The position numbers were made by a program, and so were the translations under genes. A stretch of 64,000 bases of DNA from Octopus sinensis (taxonomy: Eukaryota): assembly GCF_006345805.1 (NCBI RefSeq), contig NC_043024.1:4898001-4962000 (forward strand), given 5' to 3'. The notes below the pieces were generated by a model. The model was not told the origin of the DNA and did no database searches. It saw only the letters and a list, made by a program, of their open reading frames with translations. Shown here piece after piece: positions 10,651 through 23,878 of the stretch; the first letter of the stretch is position 1; each line of letters opens with the position of its first letter.

Positions 10651-12424
10651 GGTACTACTAGCGAACAGTGGTCCCGCATCCGCGTTAGCTGGTCGTAAGT
10701 AATCGATCCTACAACTTGCGCATATGCTAATGAATAGATTCGCGCACGCGCGATACATGTTTGGAAACAAAGTATATAAATTTTTTAAGTAAATAAATTT
10801 TTTTTTTTAATGTATATAATTTTTTTACACAAATTAATTAAAGTAAATAAAAAGCAAACAGCAAATGAAAAGTAGAATATTTCAGTTCTTGCAGTTCATT
10901 TGATTCACTTGAATGTGAACCATTCGGAAAGGTGCCTCAGAATGTTTTCAAGACATTCCTTTCCACACTTCCCATATTGCTCCTTCCAAAGAAATTCGTC
11001 TAAGTACGACCCCACCATGTTGGAGTGTCCCCACATCATTGTCTTAAATCATCTTTTCGCATTCTTCCAGTAACATTCCACAGAATTTGTGTGTACAAGT
11101 GTCACTGGATCTACGAAATTCTGGGAATGGTTGACTGTGAGATGGATGTATTTAGGTGTCACATCCATTTCAGCAATCCCCTTGTAAGCACCCAACAATC
11201 CGAATGAATTGTAGTGCCTGGTCTTATGAATTTTTTTATGATTGGTAGCAGAGTTTTGGATGACCGGTCAGGTACGAAGACGAGAAAACCCATCTCTCCT
11301 GTGGCATTCTACCTCTGTTGTACTTCCTCTTGCACGTCATGGATTCATCTATTTCCATGATATGCCCAACCCCACCAATTTTGTATGGGTTATTCACAAG
11401 AGGGTGACTGCAAATGTCTTTGATGTATTGGTACCATTGGATTACGGTGCTTTGAACCAATCCAGTCAGTTTCATTGTTGTAGAAACTGGTGTGTTATGA
11501 CTCCATAAATATGTTATTAGGATAAAGTCCCATAGCCTTAGTTTGGACTTTTCAAGGCACGATTTCTTCCTAATAGAAACTTTCTCACCTTTGTGCGTTG
11601 GGCAGCGAAATATTTTTTCATCATTGTATTTTATAAGACTCATTTCTTTCTGGCATTGCACACAATGGGGACAAACATTGAGAACTTTCTTCTCCTTTAG
11701 GAACGAATACGTCGCATCAAAGTCTTGAATGATAGTATACAAATCACACAACATTTCTGCTACGAATCTGCTTCTCAAATGAAAGGTTCAATAATATGGA
11801 ATTGTAAAGGGACAATAAAATCTACAAGACCACGTGGTAAGAATTCAGTTAGCTCTGATTGGTTAGATTTTAGAACTGAATGTTCTGATTGGTTAGCTTT
11901 TAGGGGCTAATTCCATATTATTAGAGATGTTTGAGAACTTTCTTCTCCTTTAAGAACGAATACGTCGCATCAAAGTCTTGAACAATAGTATATAAATCAC
12001 ACAACATTTCTGCTACTAATCTGCCAATCAGCTCATTTGCATAAGCAAGTCACTGTAGGATCGGGTCCAGTCTACGCGACTAGTACCCACAGCTCTCCTG
12101 TGGCATCCTACCTCTGTTGTGTTTCCTCCTGCATATCATGGATTCATCTATTTCCACGATGTGCCCAACCCCACCAATTTGGTATGGGTTATTCACAAGA
12201 TGATTACTGCAAATGTCTCTGATGTATTGGTGGTACCATTGAATAACAAGTACTTTGTGCCATTTCAATCGATGTATAAATAGGTGTGCTGTGGGACCAT
12301 AAATATGTAACGAGGATAAAGTCCCGTAGTTTTAATTTAGAGTTTTCCCGATATGAATTCTTTTCAATAGACTCTTTCACAGCTTTATGCGTGCGCACCG
12401 GGACCGCTGTTCGCTAGTTGTATC
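10651..12424 (-). mobile_element. Merlin element with TIR-like ends and two transposase relics (10900-11778 and 12060-12400)
   Basis: GGTACTACTAGCGAACAGTGGTCCCG at 10651 is the inverse of CGGGACCGCTGTTCGCTAGTTGTATC ending at 12424. The relics encode [23 protein letters not shown] and VECYW. 11683-11770 is duplicated at 11930-12020. No TSD is visible. Confidence 0.75.
11855..11900 (-). promoter_or_regulatory. Tandem CCAAT boxes upstream of the Merlin transposase
   Basis: CTGATTGGTTAG occurs twice, 30 bp apart, ~80-120 bp 5' of the ATG at 11778. Confidence 0.4.
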
Positions 12425-13043
12425 GTCAGAATTTGTCTGCACCACATTTTTTGTTTGCAATTCTGATGATGAGTATTTTGATTGGCGTTTTGGGAAAGAG
12501 TGAGAAAGCGAGAAGCATTTCTGAGTGAAGTGTGAGTAGTGAAAAACCATTCTATTTGCTGCTATCAGATTATATTTCGTATGTTAATGATAGTTACCAA
12601 TATTTCAGGAACTAATAAGTAGTGTTCCATGCCTGCTGCGATCAATACACCTTAAGTTACTAGGTGGAACTAGTGGAGTCAGCCTCCCGGAACTGAGTTT
12701 TCTATGATGGAGATTCTGATATGCAAAAATCCACATTTTATAAATTTTAAATCTCTTTCTGTTTCCTCCTAATTTCTAACTTTTTTTGGGTTTTTTTTTT
12801 TTCTTTTCCAATCAATAATCAGGTGTGTTATTTTCAACATATCTGTTCAAGTTTAGTTGGTGATGATAAAACAGAGACTGCTTTTATGAATTTCATAAGA
12901 TGCGTTAGGCAGTATTATACTGTCTAGTTTAAAATTCAAGAATGTTTTTTTTTTATAAAATGCTTTACATATACAACAGGTATGTTTTACATACCTGTTG
13001 TATATGTTGGTCTTGTTTTTTCACTTTCAAGGCAAAGTATTAT

Positions 13044-13800
13044 GGTACTACTAGCACATGCTGGTCTTGTTGCGCGGCGACGTGCAAGCTAGTCGTACGT
13101 GGTCGACACTGCGACTTGGGTATATGCAAATGAGTTCATTTGCACATGCACATTACCTTTTTACGAACTAAATAAAATAATTTTTTTACAGTGCGCGTTA
13201 CCTGTTTATGAACAAAATAAATTAATTTTTTTACACAAATTAAATAAAACGCAATTAAATAATTCTTGAAAATTAATTTATGTTAATATTTTTTGAACAA
13301 AGTATATAAGCTTTTGGTACTAGTCGCGTAGACTGGACCCGGTTTGCGCAGTCGCGCGTCCACGCTAGCCAGATGTAGGTAGTGGATCCTACGAGCTGAT
13401 TGGCGCATGCGCAATATATACTTGTATCGCACATGCGCGATACATATTTGTTTGCGATCAACATAAATACTATTTTACAGATTAAAATAAACGAATTAAT
13501 TATATAAATTAAATAATTCTTGAAAATTAATATTAATATTTTTTGAACAAAATAAAATAATCTTTTAAACTTAGATAATAATTTTTTTTTACACAAACGT
13601 ATCACAAACTATAATGTCTGAAACTTTATTTTGCGATCAACATAAAATACTATTTCACAGAAAAATTAATCAAAATTAATAATATTTTTTGAACAAAGTA
13701 AATAATTTTTTTTTTACGCAAACGTATATAATTTCTTAAACTTAATTATTTTTTTTTTTTACACAGACATATAAATTCACAAGATGCGAGCGTTTCCCTC
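13044..13800 (+). mobile_element. Two stacked Merlin-type left ends (GGTACT at 13044 and 13316) with AT-rich subterminal repeats
   Basis: 13316-13560 resembles the reverse complement of the right part of the MITE at 19728-20375 (GCCAGA.GTAGGT, GATCCTACGAG, AATTCTTGAAAATTAAT, TTTTGAACAAA). Confidence 0.65.
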
Positions 13801-14789
13801 GTACCTTTAAGAAAAATTTGGGTTTTCTTCATTGAAATTTTATGGAAATGCATTTCTTTTGGCATACATTCAGATTACCTAGAATTTTATGGGGACAGTC
13901 TTTTCCAGTCTTTAAAAAATTGTGGCTCTACTTTATAGATTTGGTATTTTGTGAAGGATGTTTCTTTGATAATTCTGTCTCATAAATTATTATTATTGTC
14001 ATTATTACCAATCCTGCCGAATACTTTCTGTTTCACTGCAAGTGTGGAAATTTTTGATAATTCACACATACACATATATATATATATATACTCTTTTACT
14101 TGTTTCAGTCATTTGACTGTGGCCATGCTGGAGCACCGCCTTTAGTCGAACAAATCGACCTCGGGACTTATTCTTTGTAAGCCCAGTATTTATTCTATCG
14201 GTCACTTTTGCTGAACCGCTAAGTGACGGGGAGGTTAAACACACCAGCATCGGATGTCAAGCAATGCTAGGGGTACAAACACAGACACATACATATATAC
14301 GACAGGCTTCTTTCAGTTTCCGTTTACAAAATCTACTCACAAGGCATTGGTTGGCCCGGGGCTATAGCAGAAGACACTTGCACAAGATGCCACACAGTGG
14401 GACTGAACCCGGGACCATGTGGTTGGTTAGCAAGCTACTTACGACACAGCCACTCCTATATATATATATATTAATTACAGAGGTTTAAAGTTTGATCAGT
14501 TTTACCCATTCAGAAAACGGGATTTGGAAGCTGTCCTTTTGTGCGTGACACCACATGAAGTGAACTGAAAACAAACGAAATATTTACGGGATTCTTCTTT
14601 ACGTACGCCATATGAACACTCGTATTAAGTTGTCCAGAAAGGTCTGAGTGTTGTTTTGAAGCTAAATTTTTCAATGCTTCATTGAATACACCAGAAACGT
14701 AACAGAGTTAAAACTTTGGCGTTGCTCGAAGTGGTAGTGCATCTCGTCTTTGTTCCTCACCAAAAATCCGTTTATCTTTCGTTCTGGTT

Positions 14790-15190
14790 ACCCTTTAATG
14801 ATATTCGAAATGGATAACCAAACATTTTATATTCACTTTGTAATGTTTTTCTTAAAAATAAATAAATGTGAAAATGCTGCAATCACTTTCAAAAACATTT
14901 GTAAAGTTTGTGATGATGCTGCAGGTGAATCAACTGTTCGAAGCTGGTTTGCGAAATTCAAAACTGGAGAGTTTAGCTTGGAAGACGACAGTCGCAGTGG
15001 AAGATCTTCAAAATTGGATGTGGATGTTTTGAAGGCAAAAATCGAAGAAAACTCCAATATCAAGACTAGAGATCTTGCAGAGGAGTTGAAAGTTCTTCAA
15101 AGTATGGCTGATGAACACCTTGTGAAGCTAGGATACATTTCTTGCTATAATGTAATGGGTCCCTCACAAACTCTCAGAAAAGGATTGCTT
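14790..15190 (+). mobile_element. mariner transposase N-terminal HTH fragment
   Basis: STVRSWFAKFKTGEFSLEDDSRSGR and TRDLAEEL motifs. Confidence 0.8.
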
Positions 15191-16968
15191 GGAGCAGTAT
15201 TCTGTTTGTGATATACAAATTTATATACTTTATACACACTTTTATAGACTTAATACACAGCAATCATAAAATATTCACTCTTATTTTTCATTTCTCCTAT
15301 AAACAGAAGAAAATTTACACGGTCACAATTTTTTATCTAAAAAACAAAAATTGTATAGTAAATACATTATTCTCTATGTAAAATATAGGGGTCACAATTT
15401 CATATGTGTAAAACTTGAACGCAACATGGCATACATTGAAAACCACATCATTGGTAACTTATAAGCCAAGGCAACAAGTCACATTTTAATTTGTAGGAAA
15501 TATACAAATCTTGTTTAATTAAAATAATTACTTTGCCCTATGCACCCACCAGCACCACCAACTCTCTCTCTTTAATCTTGTGATCAGAACATCACCCATC
15601 TGCTACAATCATATTCCTAACTCTCTTCTATACAACTAGCTTTAATTAACTTTTTAAACCATGTAATAAACATTACATTCCTCCTATCACACATCATGCA
15701 CACTTCTCTATTTGCCTCAATATTCGCCTTATCCTCTCCCTTCTCCTCTAATCAAGTGAAAGTATTACCAACAGGCTAAGTAACGTAACGACAAGCAGAA
15801 TTATTATAAGATCACCTTTCTCTACTTCTCCCTTGCTTTTCTTCATTCTTCCCTCCTTTCCTCTATTACACTACTTCTCTAACTAACAAAAGCATAACAG
15901 CTGAACAAACAAGCTGTTTATTATATATAGATGTATATTATTTCTGTGTGAGGTTTGGACAAAAACATTTGCAGAGTAATTACATAACACATAAGGAGAG
16001 TGGAGAAAAAGTTTGATATTATTTATTCAGCATTACATGTGTTTCATTTCCTAATAGGAAATACAAACTTTTACACGTACAGAAAATATTAAAATATTCT
16101 CCTATAACAAATTTTTCAAACATACACACAAATGCGTGTGTGTACCCTTGTCCAAATATTATGTGATGCTTGTAAAAGACCATTATACAAATGCAGTTGT
16201 TCATTTCCAGTCTTCTTTGTAAAATATTTCCTTGCTTGGAATCAGGTGAGGATTGGAGACAGGAAAGGCATCCAGCTGAAGAAAATCTCCATCAATGAAT
16301 TCCATCTGATGGACAGAAGCATGGAAAAGTGAACATTAAATGATGATTATCATCATTGTAGTGATATGGTTCCTCTTCTGTATGAATGCGTTTATGTTTT
16401 CATAATTGATCATTTTCATAGATTGACTTAGCACAAATATCAAGAGCATTGACAGAGGAGGGTGAATTAATTATACACAGTCATATTGGCGTTAGGAAGG
16501 GCATCCAGCTGTAGAAACACTGCCAGATCTGACTGGACTGGTGCAGCTTTCGGGCTCCCCAGACCCCAGTTGAACCGTCCAACCCATGCTAGCATGGAAA
16601 GCGGACGTTAAATGATGATGATGATGATATTAATATGAAAAATATTACATCTTTCATATTAATATGACTGCATAATTAATTCACCATTTTCAAAGAATGA
16701 TTAAGCACTGATATCACAGTGATACGATTTCCCTTGTCTGTCATTATTCCTTTGATTCGTTAATGGATCGTTTCAAGTGAAAGATTTACTATAGATATCC
16801 CAGTAATATAGTTTCTATTTTCTGTGGATGTGCTTATGAGATACGAGCTTGTCCTTTTGAGATGTTGTAAACAAATATCAGTGTTACGGATCCACTTCCT
16901 AAGGAATGCACTTGTGTTTAACTAAGCAAGGATTTTGTGAGAATTATTTACCACACATATCACAGTGA

Positions 16969-18426
16969 TTAGGATTTTTTTACAGAATGAATAAACTTAT
17001 GTCTAGTTAAATGCCGACTTTCAGAAAATGATTTACCACAGATATCACAGTGGTAAGGTTTCTCACCTGTATGAATACGTTTATGTTTGGTTAAACTACT
17101 ATCATCAGAAAATGATTTACCACAGACATTACAGTGATATGGTTTCCCTCCTGTATGAACCTGTTTGTGAGTAGCTAAACTACCTGTTCGACTGAATGAT
17201 TTATCACAGATATCACAGTGGTATGGTTTCTCACCTGTATGAACACGTTTGTGAGTAGTTAAGCTACTGCCAACAGAGAATGATTTACCACAGATATCAC
17301 AGTGATATGGTTTCTCCCCCGTGTGAATACGTTTGTGGTCTGTTAAGTGACTGCCATCAGAGAATGATTTACCACAGATATCACAGTGATATGGTTTCTC
17401 ACCTGTATGAATACGTTTATGTCTGGTTAAACTACTATCATCAGAAAATGATTTACCACAGATATCACAGTGATATGGTTTCTCTCCTGTATGAGTACGT
17501 ATGTGTCGTGTTAATTGACTGCTACTTAAGAATGATTTACCACAGATATCACAGGTATATGGTTTCTCTCCTGTATGGATACGCGTGTGTTGAGTTAAGC
17601 TAACGCTATCAGAGAATGATTTACCACAGATATCACAGTGATATGGTTTCTCTCCTGTATGAATACGTTTGTGCTTAGTTAAGCTACGGCCATCAGAGAA
17701 TGATTTACCACAGATATTACAGTGATAGGGTTTCTCCCCTGTATGAACCTGTTTGTGAGTAGCTAAACTACCTGTTCGACTGAATGATTTATCACAGATA
17801 TCACAGTGGTATGGTTTCTCACCTGTATGAACACGTTTGTGAGTAGTTAAGCTACTGCCAACAGAGAATGATTTACCACAGATATCACAGTGATATGGTT
17901 TCTCCCCCGTGTGAATACGTTTATGGTCTGTTAAGTGACTGCCATTAGAGAATGATTTACCACAGATATCACAATGGTATGGTTTCTCACCTGTATGAAT
18001 ACGTTTATGTTTGGTTAAACTACTATCATCAGAAAATGATTTACCACAGATATCACAGTGATATGGTTTCTCTCCTATATGAGTACGTATGTGTCGTGTT
18101 AATTGACTGCTACTTAAGAATGATTTACCACAGATTTCACAGGTATATGGTTTCTCTCCTGTATGGATACGTGTGTGTTGAGTTAAGCTAACGCTATCAG
18201 AGAATGATTTACCACAGATATCACAGCAATATGGTTTCTCTCCTGTATGAATACGTTTGTGTTGAGTTAAGCTATTCCTGTCAGACAATGATTTACCACA
18301 GATATCACAGGGATATGGTTTGTCCCCTGCATGAATTTGTTTGTGTTGATTTAATTTACTTTCTTCTAAGAATGACTCTTTGCAAATGTCACAGTCATAT
18401 GATGATTCTCTTAATTCTTCCGACAT
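16969..18426 (-). CDS. C2H2 zinc-finger protein, 17 fingers (unit 2)
   Basis: Intact 485-aa ORF. It starts [23 protein letters not shown] like unit 1, and fingers 3-9 are repeated as fingers 10-16. Confidence 0.93.
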   Translation of the reverse strand: MSEELRESSYDCDICKESFLEESKLNQHKQIHAGDKPYPCDICGKSLSDRNSLTQHKRIHTGEKPYCCDICGKSFSDSVSLTQHTRIHTGEKPYTCEICGKSFLSSSQLTRHIRTHIGEKPYHCDICGKSFSDDSSLTKHKRIHTGEKPYHCDICGKSFSNGSHLTDHKRIHTGEKPYHCDICGKSFSVGSSLTTHKRVHTGEKPYHCDICDKSFSRTGSLATHKQVHTGEKPYHCNICGKSFSDGRSLTKHKRIHTGEKPYHCDICGKSFSDSVSLTQHTRIHTGEKPYTCDICGKSFLSSSQLTRHIRTHTGEKPYHCDICGKSFSDDSSLTRHKRIHTGEKPYHCDICGKSFSDGSHLTDHKRIHTGEKPYHCDICGKSFSVGSSLTTHKRVHTGEKPYHCDICDKSFSRTGSLATHKQVHTGGKPYHCNVCGKSFSDDSSLTKHKRIHTGEKPYHCDICGKSFSESRHLTRHKFIHSVKKS

Positions 18427-19727
18427 CTCTTCAAGAAAAATAAAACTGAACCTTCAAGTTGTACAGATCAACAACTTTTCAAAAATATTTCTCCTCTCAC
18501 CAAAATTTATGGATATTTTGCTTCTTTTTGCTTTTGTAGTTTATTCCAAACAAATATCACTTCTCTTATATTTCTTCTAAATGTGATCAATGCCAATATT
18601 TAAAAATGTTGCAAATACTCTTTGGAAATCTATCAAAGTATATTTAAAAGAGAAAATTATCTTCTGCACATCTCAGACACAGAAGTAAAGAAATGCTTTC
18701 TCTCTCAGAGGAAATATTTTACTGTAACTCAGCAATGTTTTATAGAAGCAGGATTATATGTTTGTATCTTTGCAGAGTCTTTCAAACATGATACATATTG
18801 ATGATTCTTTAAAAGTAAAAAATACTTTTTAGCCAATTTCATGTGATTTTCTGAAAGAAAAGAAAAAAGTAATATAAGACATAGAATATGTTTAAAAGGT
18901 AGATATTCAAAAGTGCAAATTTATAACACTTCTATTCTGCTAAATTGTAGAAGTATTAAACTTATCCAATCTCATCATTTTTAAGAAGTTTATATCATAG
19001 AGTGGACACATGTGTTATAATAACAACTCCCAGACACACACACCAATATACATGTCAATGACAGTAGATATCTGATGTCTTCACCTTATTTTTTCTATTG
19101 TATCAACACAGGTTTGTTTTATAACACAGATATCACTCCTCCTCTGCCTCTTTCTGTATATGCATAAATATACAAATATATATATGTGGTTAGCTTAATG
19201 TTAACATTTTGTTGAGCATAAAAGTCAGTAAATAATATTGATGTCTGACTTGCAGCATCAAAATCTTTTGTGGGGAATTTTTGATGTTAAGAAAAATTGT
19301 TGGTTGATGAAATTGGTGACAATCCTTCTCCATGGGGCAAATGGAAGAGGCTTCAATGAAGTCTATCCTTCTTTTACGGAAAAACTATAATTTCTTTTCA
19401 TTGTCATGCACATAGTTTTAAAATTTAACCATTCTTGTTTTTTTCTTTTAATTATAAATTCTTACATGTTATAATTAATGTTTCTCTTCCTTGTTGCTTC
19501 AAAACGAAATATTGTTTATCTGGATGAGTGAAAAACATATTCATATTAAATATGTACGCATTACAAAGAAAGAAAAGGATAACTTGCATAATTAATTGAA
19601 AATAACATCCAAAAAAGGGTGCAATTCCGCTTTAAACAATATATAGCTCCTTAAATTTTTTTCCCCCATTTTTCTGTGGAATTTTCGGAAAATTTTTCCA
19701 AAATTTGTGACCTCCATTATGAAAAAA

Positions 19728-20375
19728 GGTACTTGTCTATTGTCGTGGTCCCGGTTTCGCACACGCGAATTCGCGCGCGCGCGCCAGACGTAGGTGCAGA
19801 CTGGAGTCTGGTGCAGCCTTCTGGCTTCCCAGATCCCCGGTCGAACCGTCCAACCCATGCTGGCATGGAGAACGGACGTTAAACGATGATGATGATGAGA
19901 AGAAATTAATTCATTAAGTTTACCAAATTATATACGTCTGTAAAAAAAAAAAAAAGTTTCACAAATTATATACGTTCGCGTTTGTGTAAAAAAAATTATT
20001 AACCAAGTTTCATAAATTATTTACTTTGTTCAAAAAATATTAATATTAATTAATTTTCAAGAATTATTTAATTTATATAATTAATTCATTAATTTTATTC
20101 TGTAAAATAGTAATTAATTCATTTATCTGTAAATCCGCGAGGAAAGCGACTATGTAATTTTTTTGTGTAAAATTGAAAATGTTATATATACACACACACA
20201 CATATATTTTTAGTGAAATCCAACACCTTTTTATTTGGGGGGGGGTTAACGCGCATGCGCGAATTTTGCACTGCGCAAGTCACCTCGTAGGATCTCGAGC
20301 ATCGAGCACCTACTTCTGGCGCGCGCGCGCGAATTCGCGTGTGCGAAACCGGGACCACGACAATAGACAAGTACC
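19728..20375. mobile_element. Merlin-type MITE with ~60-bp TIRs and 9-bp TSD, in the unit 2 intron
   Basis: GGTACTTGTCTATTGTCGTGGTCCCGGTTTCGCACACGCGAATTCGCGCGCGCGCGCCAGA and its reverse complement form the two ends. ATGAAAAAA occurs at 19719-19727 and 20376-20384. A SINE tail is inserted at 19790-19900. Confidence 0.85.
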
Positions 20376-20489
20376 ATGAAAAAAATTGTTTTTTCAATTT
20401 TTCCCACTTTCTAAAAAATTGCCACTCTAGAACTATGTTTACTTAAATCCCAACGACGTGTTTATGTGGAGAAGGATACCTTTTCTACT

Positions 20490-20645
20490 CTAGGCACAAG
20501 GCCAGAAATTTTGGGAGAGGGGGCCCAGTGGATTAGATAGACCCCAGTACGCAACTGGTACTAAATTTATCGACCTCGAAAGGATGAAAGGCAAAGTCGA
20601 CCTCGACGGAATTTGAACTCACGTGCTAACGATTCTACCAGCTCG
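20490..20645 (-). mobile_element. tRNA-derived SINE, second family
   Basis: Reverse copy of the family at 62865-63100 (GTCGACTTTGCCTTTCATCC core). Confidence 0.7.
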
Positions 20646-21310
20646 CCGGTTTTATATGGAGAAAAATACTGAAAAACGTCAGCACATCAGAGTGACAAAG
20701 AAACAAGGGAGGTATCAGGTGGTCGTGAGATGTGCGAAAAATAACAGCTAAATTGCTCTTAAAGCACATAGTTTTTGCTTGTTTGTTGAATTCTCGTTTG
20801 TAGAATATGTATTTGCAAAGATTTTCTGAAAATTCTGAAAAGAACAAAACAAATCCCAGATATTAATTGTAAGTTGTAATGATGCAGAAGAACCACCAGA
20901 AATAAAGACTTCCTATGTCTCAAATAAAAGCCATTTCCTCTCGATACGATATTTGCTTTTCGTTTTAGTATTTCAAGTGCACACTCGTATTTTTATACAT
21001 TCCCCATTTCTTACTAATTACATCGTAATTTTCCCGCTTTTAACGAAATTGTCAAATTTACACGTTAGAAAGATAAATGTTATCTAAACAAGGGATTGAT
21101 CCGACGTTTTTACAAATAATTTAGAAAATAACCAAAAGTGCAATGAAATGTCTAAAAGAAAACGACAACACAATGAAAGTATTAAAATTACAGCCTTTCG
21201 TATAATTTCGTCTTAGTGAGTTTTTTCTTTTAACTTTCTCAACACATCGAAACAAATAAATGTACATAATACGACACATATATAATAGAAATGTTTAAAT
21301 AAATACTTAC

Positions 21311-21400
21311 ATAGTAATAGATATGGAGAGAAAGAGTGAAGGAGGAAGATGTGAGAACTGGAGTCAGAGTGGACAACGACAGCTTCAAGAGAATTTCTAG
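21311..21400 (-). other. Putative non-coding exon 1 of ZNF unit 2
   Basis: Near-identical reverse complement of 895-985, with a conserved GTAAGT donor. Confidence 0.6.
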
Positions 21401-22449
21401 ATTTCTACAACAAACGTTAATTAATATTTTTCAGGTCCACATAATCATAAATGCTGTATCTGTTTGTTTAGACAGTTAATTACCAATCATTTGTATATAT
21501 TTGATTGGATTTTCTCTTAAATATCAGTTGTCAAGTGGAACTGATCAAACAATGAAGGTGCGTGAGAAACAAGAACAAGAAATACAATTAATTAGGAAGA
21601 GTTTTTACGATGAACAACGGGAACTAACTCCAGTCTTCAAAGAATTGCGGCTCTACTTCGGTAGATTTTGGATTTTGTGAAAGAGATTTCTTCAATATTC
21701 GGCTTCATCACTGTTATGTGTAGTTTCCTTCTAATGGGATAGACAACTCAATACGAAGCATAGTTATTCTTTTACGTGTTTATTTACTTTTTCATGTTAC
21801 AAGAACTGGACTACATTCAGCGCAGCGACACATAACTTTAGACACAGCGTAGTAATACTTATAAAATAGTGCCAAAAGCGGGGACGTATTCCACACACGC
21901 ACGCCCACGCATATATATAAATGTGTAACATCCCTTCTTCTTGAAAAAAAAGGGGTCTTTTGGCAATGAAGACAAATATAGTAGTCTCGGATCTTTTCTA
22001 TTCTGAAGCCAGTTTTTTCAAATTTTTCCTACTGAACCAAACAATTTGAAACTTCGTATACTGGTAGAATGTGTCAAAAGTAAACTTAATTGTAAACCAG
22101 AATGAAAACGGAATTGTAACTTATTCTGCCTCTGCTTTGTAATCGAGCAGAATTAGTTATTTATCTTTTAATTTAATTTTTTTTTTTGAAAACACTTTAT
22201 CATGAATAAAAAGAGAAAATATTTTTTCTTTAACAGTATCGAACCGGTGGCAGGATGTTCTTTCTCCATCTGGTGATCTTGTGCTTAGCACCGGTGTCTG
22301 TGAGTGGTTGGTGCCCATTGGGATGATGATTCTGTGGGTGTTGTCACTGATGCAGCAGGTGTTGTACACGTTGTCTGCTGATGGGTGGTTGTTACATTTA
22401 TAATGTGGTGGACCTTTATGCTTAGTCCTTTCATCTCCTATTTATCATG

Positions 22450-23878
22450 TGAGGATAGTCTGGAAAGAACATCTGCCAATATCAGGTCTTTTCCTGGCTT
22501 GTACCTGATATCATAGTCGTATGTTTGAAGCCTTAACAGTAATCTTTGCAGTCTGGCTGGTGCTTTTGTCAGGTTTTTTTCTATGTATTGGTTCTAGCGG
22601 GCGATGGTCTGTTTCACTATTGAAATATCTTCCATACAGGTATGTATGGAACTTTTCACATCCATATACTACTGCCAGGAGATCCCTTTCAATATTTGCG
22701 TACCTTGTCTCTGTGGGCGAGAGAGCTTTCGAGGCATATGCAATGGATTTACCTTCCTGTATCAGTGCTGCACCAACTCCTCTCATAGAAGCATCGACTT
22801 GGAGTGTTACTGGTTTGCGTCTGTCATAGTATTGCAGAGTTGTCTCCTTACTGATGAGCTTTTTGATTGCTTCGAAATCCTGTGTGTGTGAAGCACACCA
22901 ATCAAACTCTACGTCATCTTTGTTTAGTTCTCGGAGATGCAGTGTGATCGGCCAGCTTGGGTATGAAGGCTCCCATGTAGTGAATGAGTCCCAGGAAGCT
23001 CCTGAGTTCCTTCTTGTCTTTAGGTTCTTTAATGTCTCTGATGGCTTCCACTTTAGCGGGGTCTGGTTTCACTCCCTCTGCAGAGTATATAATTCCAAAG
23101 AATTTGCACTCCATTTCTCTTATCACACACTTGTCCGCACTGAGTTTGATGCCTGCTTGTCGGGTTTTCTCCATAGCTTCATGTAAATTGAAGTCATGTG
23201 TGGTCTCATCCTTGCCATGCACTTGGATGTCATCTGCTATTCCCATTGCTCCCTTGCAGCCTTGGTAGGTCTCATCTATTTGGCGCTGGAAAACATCTTG
23301 GCTCATCTTCAATCCAAATGGGAGTCGGTTGAATCGATATCTGCGAAATGGTGTGTTGATGGTAGTGAGCATGGATGACTCTTTGTCCATCTTTACATTC
23401 CAGTACCCATTGCTGGCATCCAGTTTGCTGAATAATTTGGATCCAGCCAATGATGGTGTGATTTCTTCAAGGGTTGGAATTGGATGGTACTCTCTTTTTA
23501 ATGCTTTGTTCAGATCCCTTGGGTCGAGGCATATCCGTAGGGTACCATTGGGTTTTTCCTTGATTACAATTGAATTCACCCAGTCTGTTGGTCGTGTCAC
23601 TTTGGTGATTATTTCTTTTTTTCCATTCTGTCCAACTCTGTCTTCAGCTTCTCTTTTAGTTCTAGAGGGACGCGGCGAGGTGGGTGAACAATTGGTTTGA
23701 TATTGGGGTCGACTGTTATATGGTATCGACATTTCACAAAGCACCCGACTGTATTGTCAAAGCATTCAGGGTACATGCTTATCAGTTCCTCTTTGTTTGT
23801 TAATGGTGGTCGGTCTTTGATAGGCATATCTCTGTCAATCCTGCTCGGAGTTGCCTTCACTTCACCATTGATTGACAC
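22450..23878 (-). pseudogene. pol: Gypsy pol: RT and RNase H, frameshifted, no integrase core
   Basis: LRICLDPRDLN, FSKLDASNGYW, RLPFGL and IADD (RT); DAS, AYASKAL, YANIERDLLAVV and TDHRPL (RNase H). Confidence 0.88.

Noticed and set aside
12600-12730. Possible box C/D snoRNA or exon (ATGATG...CTGA)
   Set aside because: The boxes are only ~6 nt apart, with no terminal stem or guide and no supporting splice pair.
17280-18443. Repeating MIYHRYH antisense ORFs; 84-bp periodicity as a CRISPR-like array
   Set aside because: These are the antisense reading of finger codons. The repeats are coding C2H2 units in a eukaryotic context.
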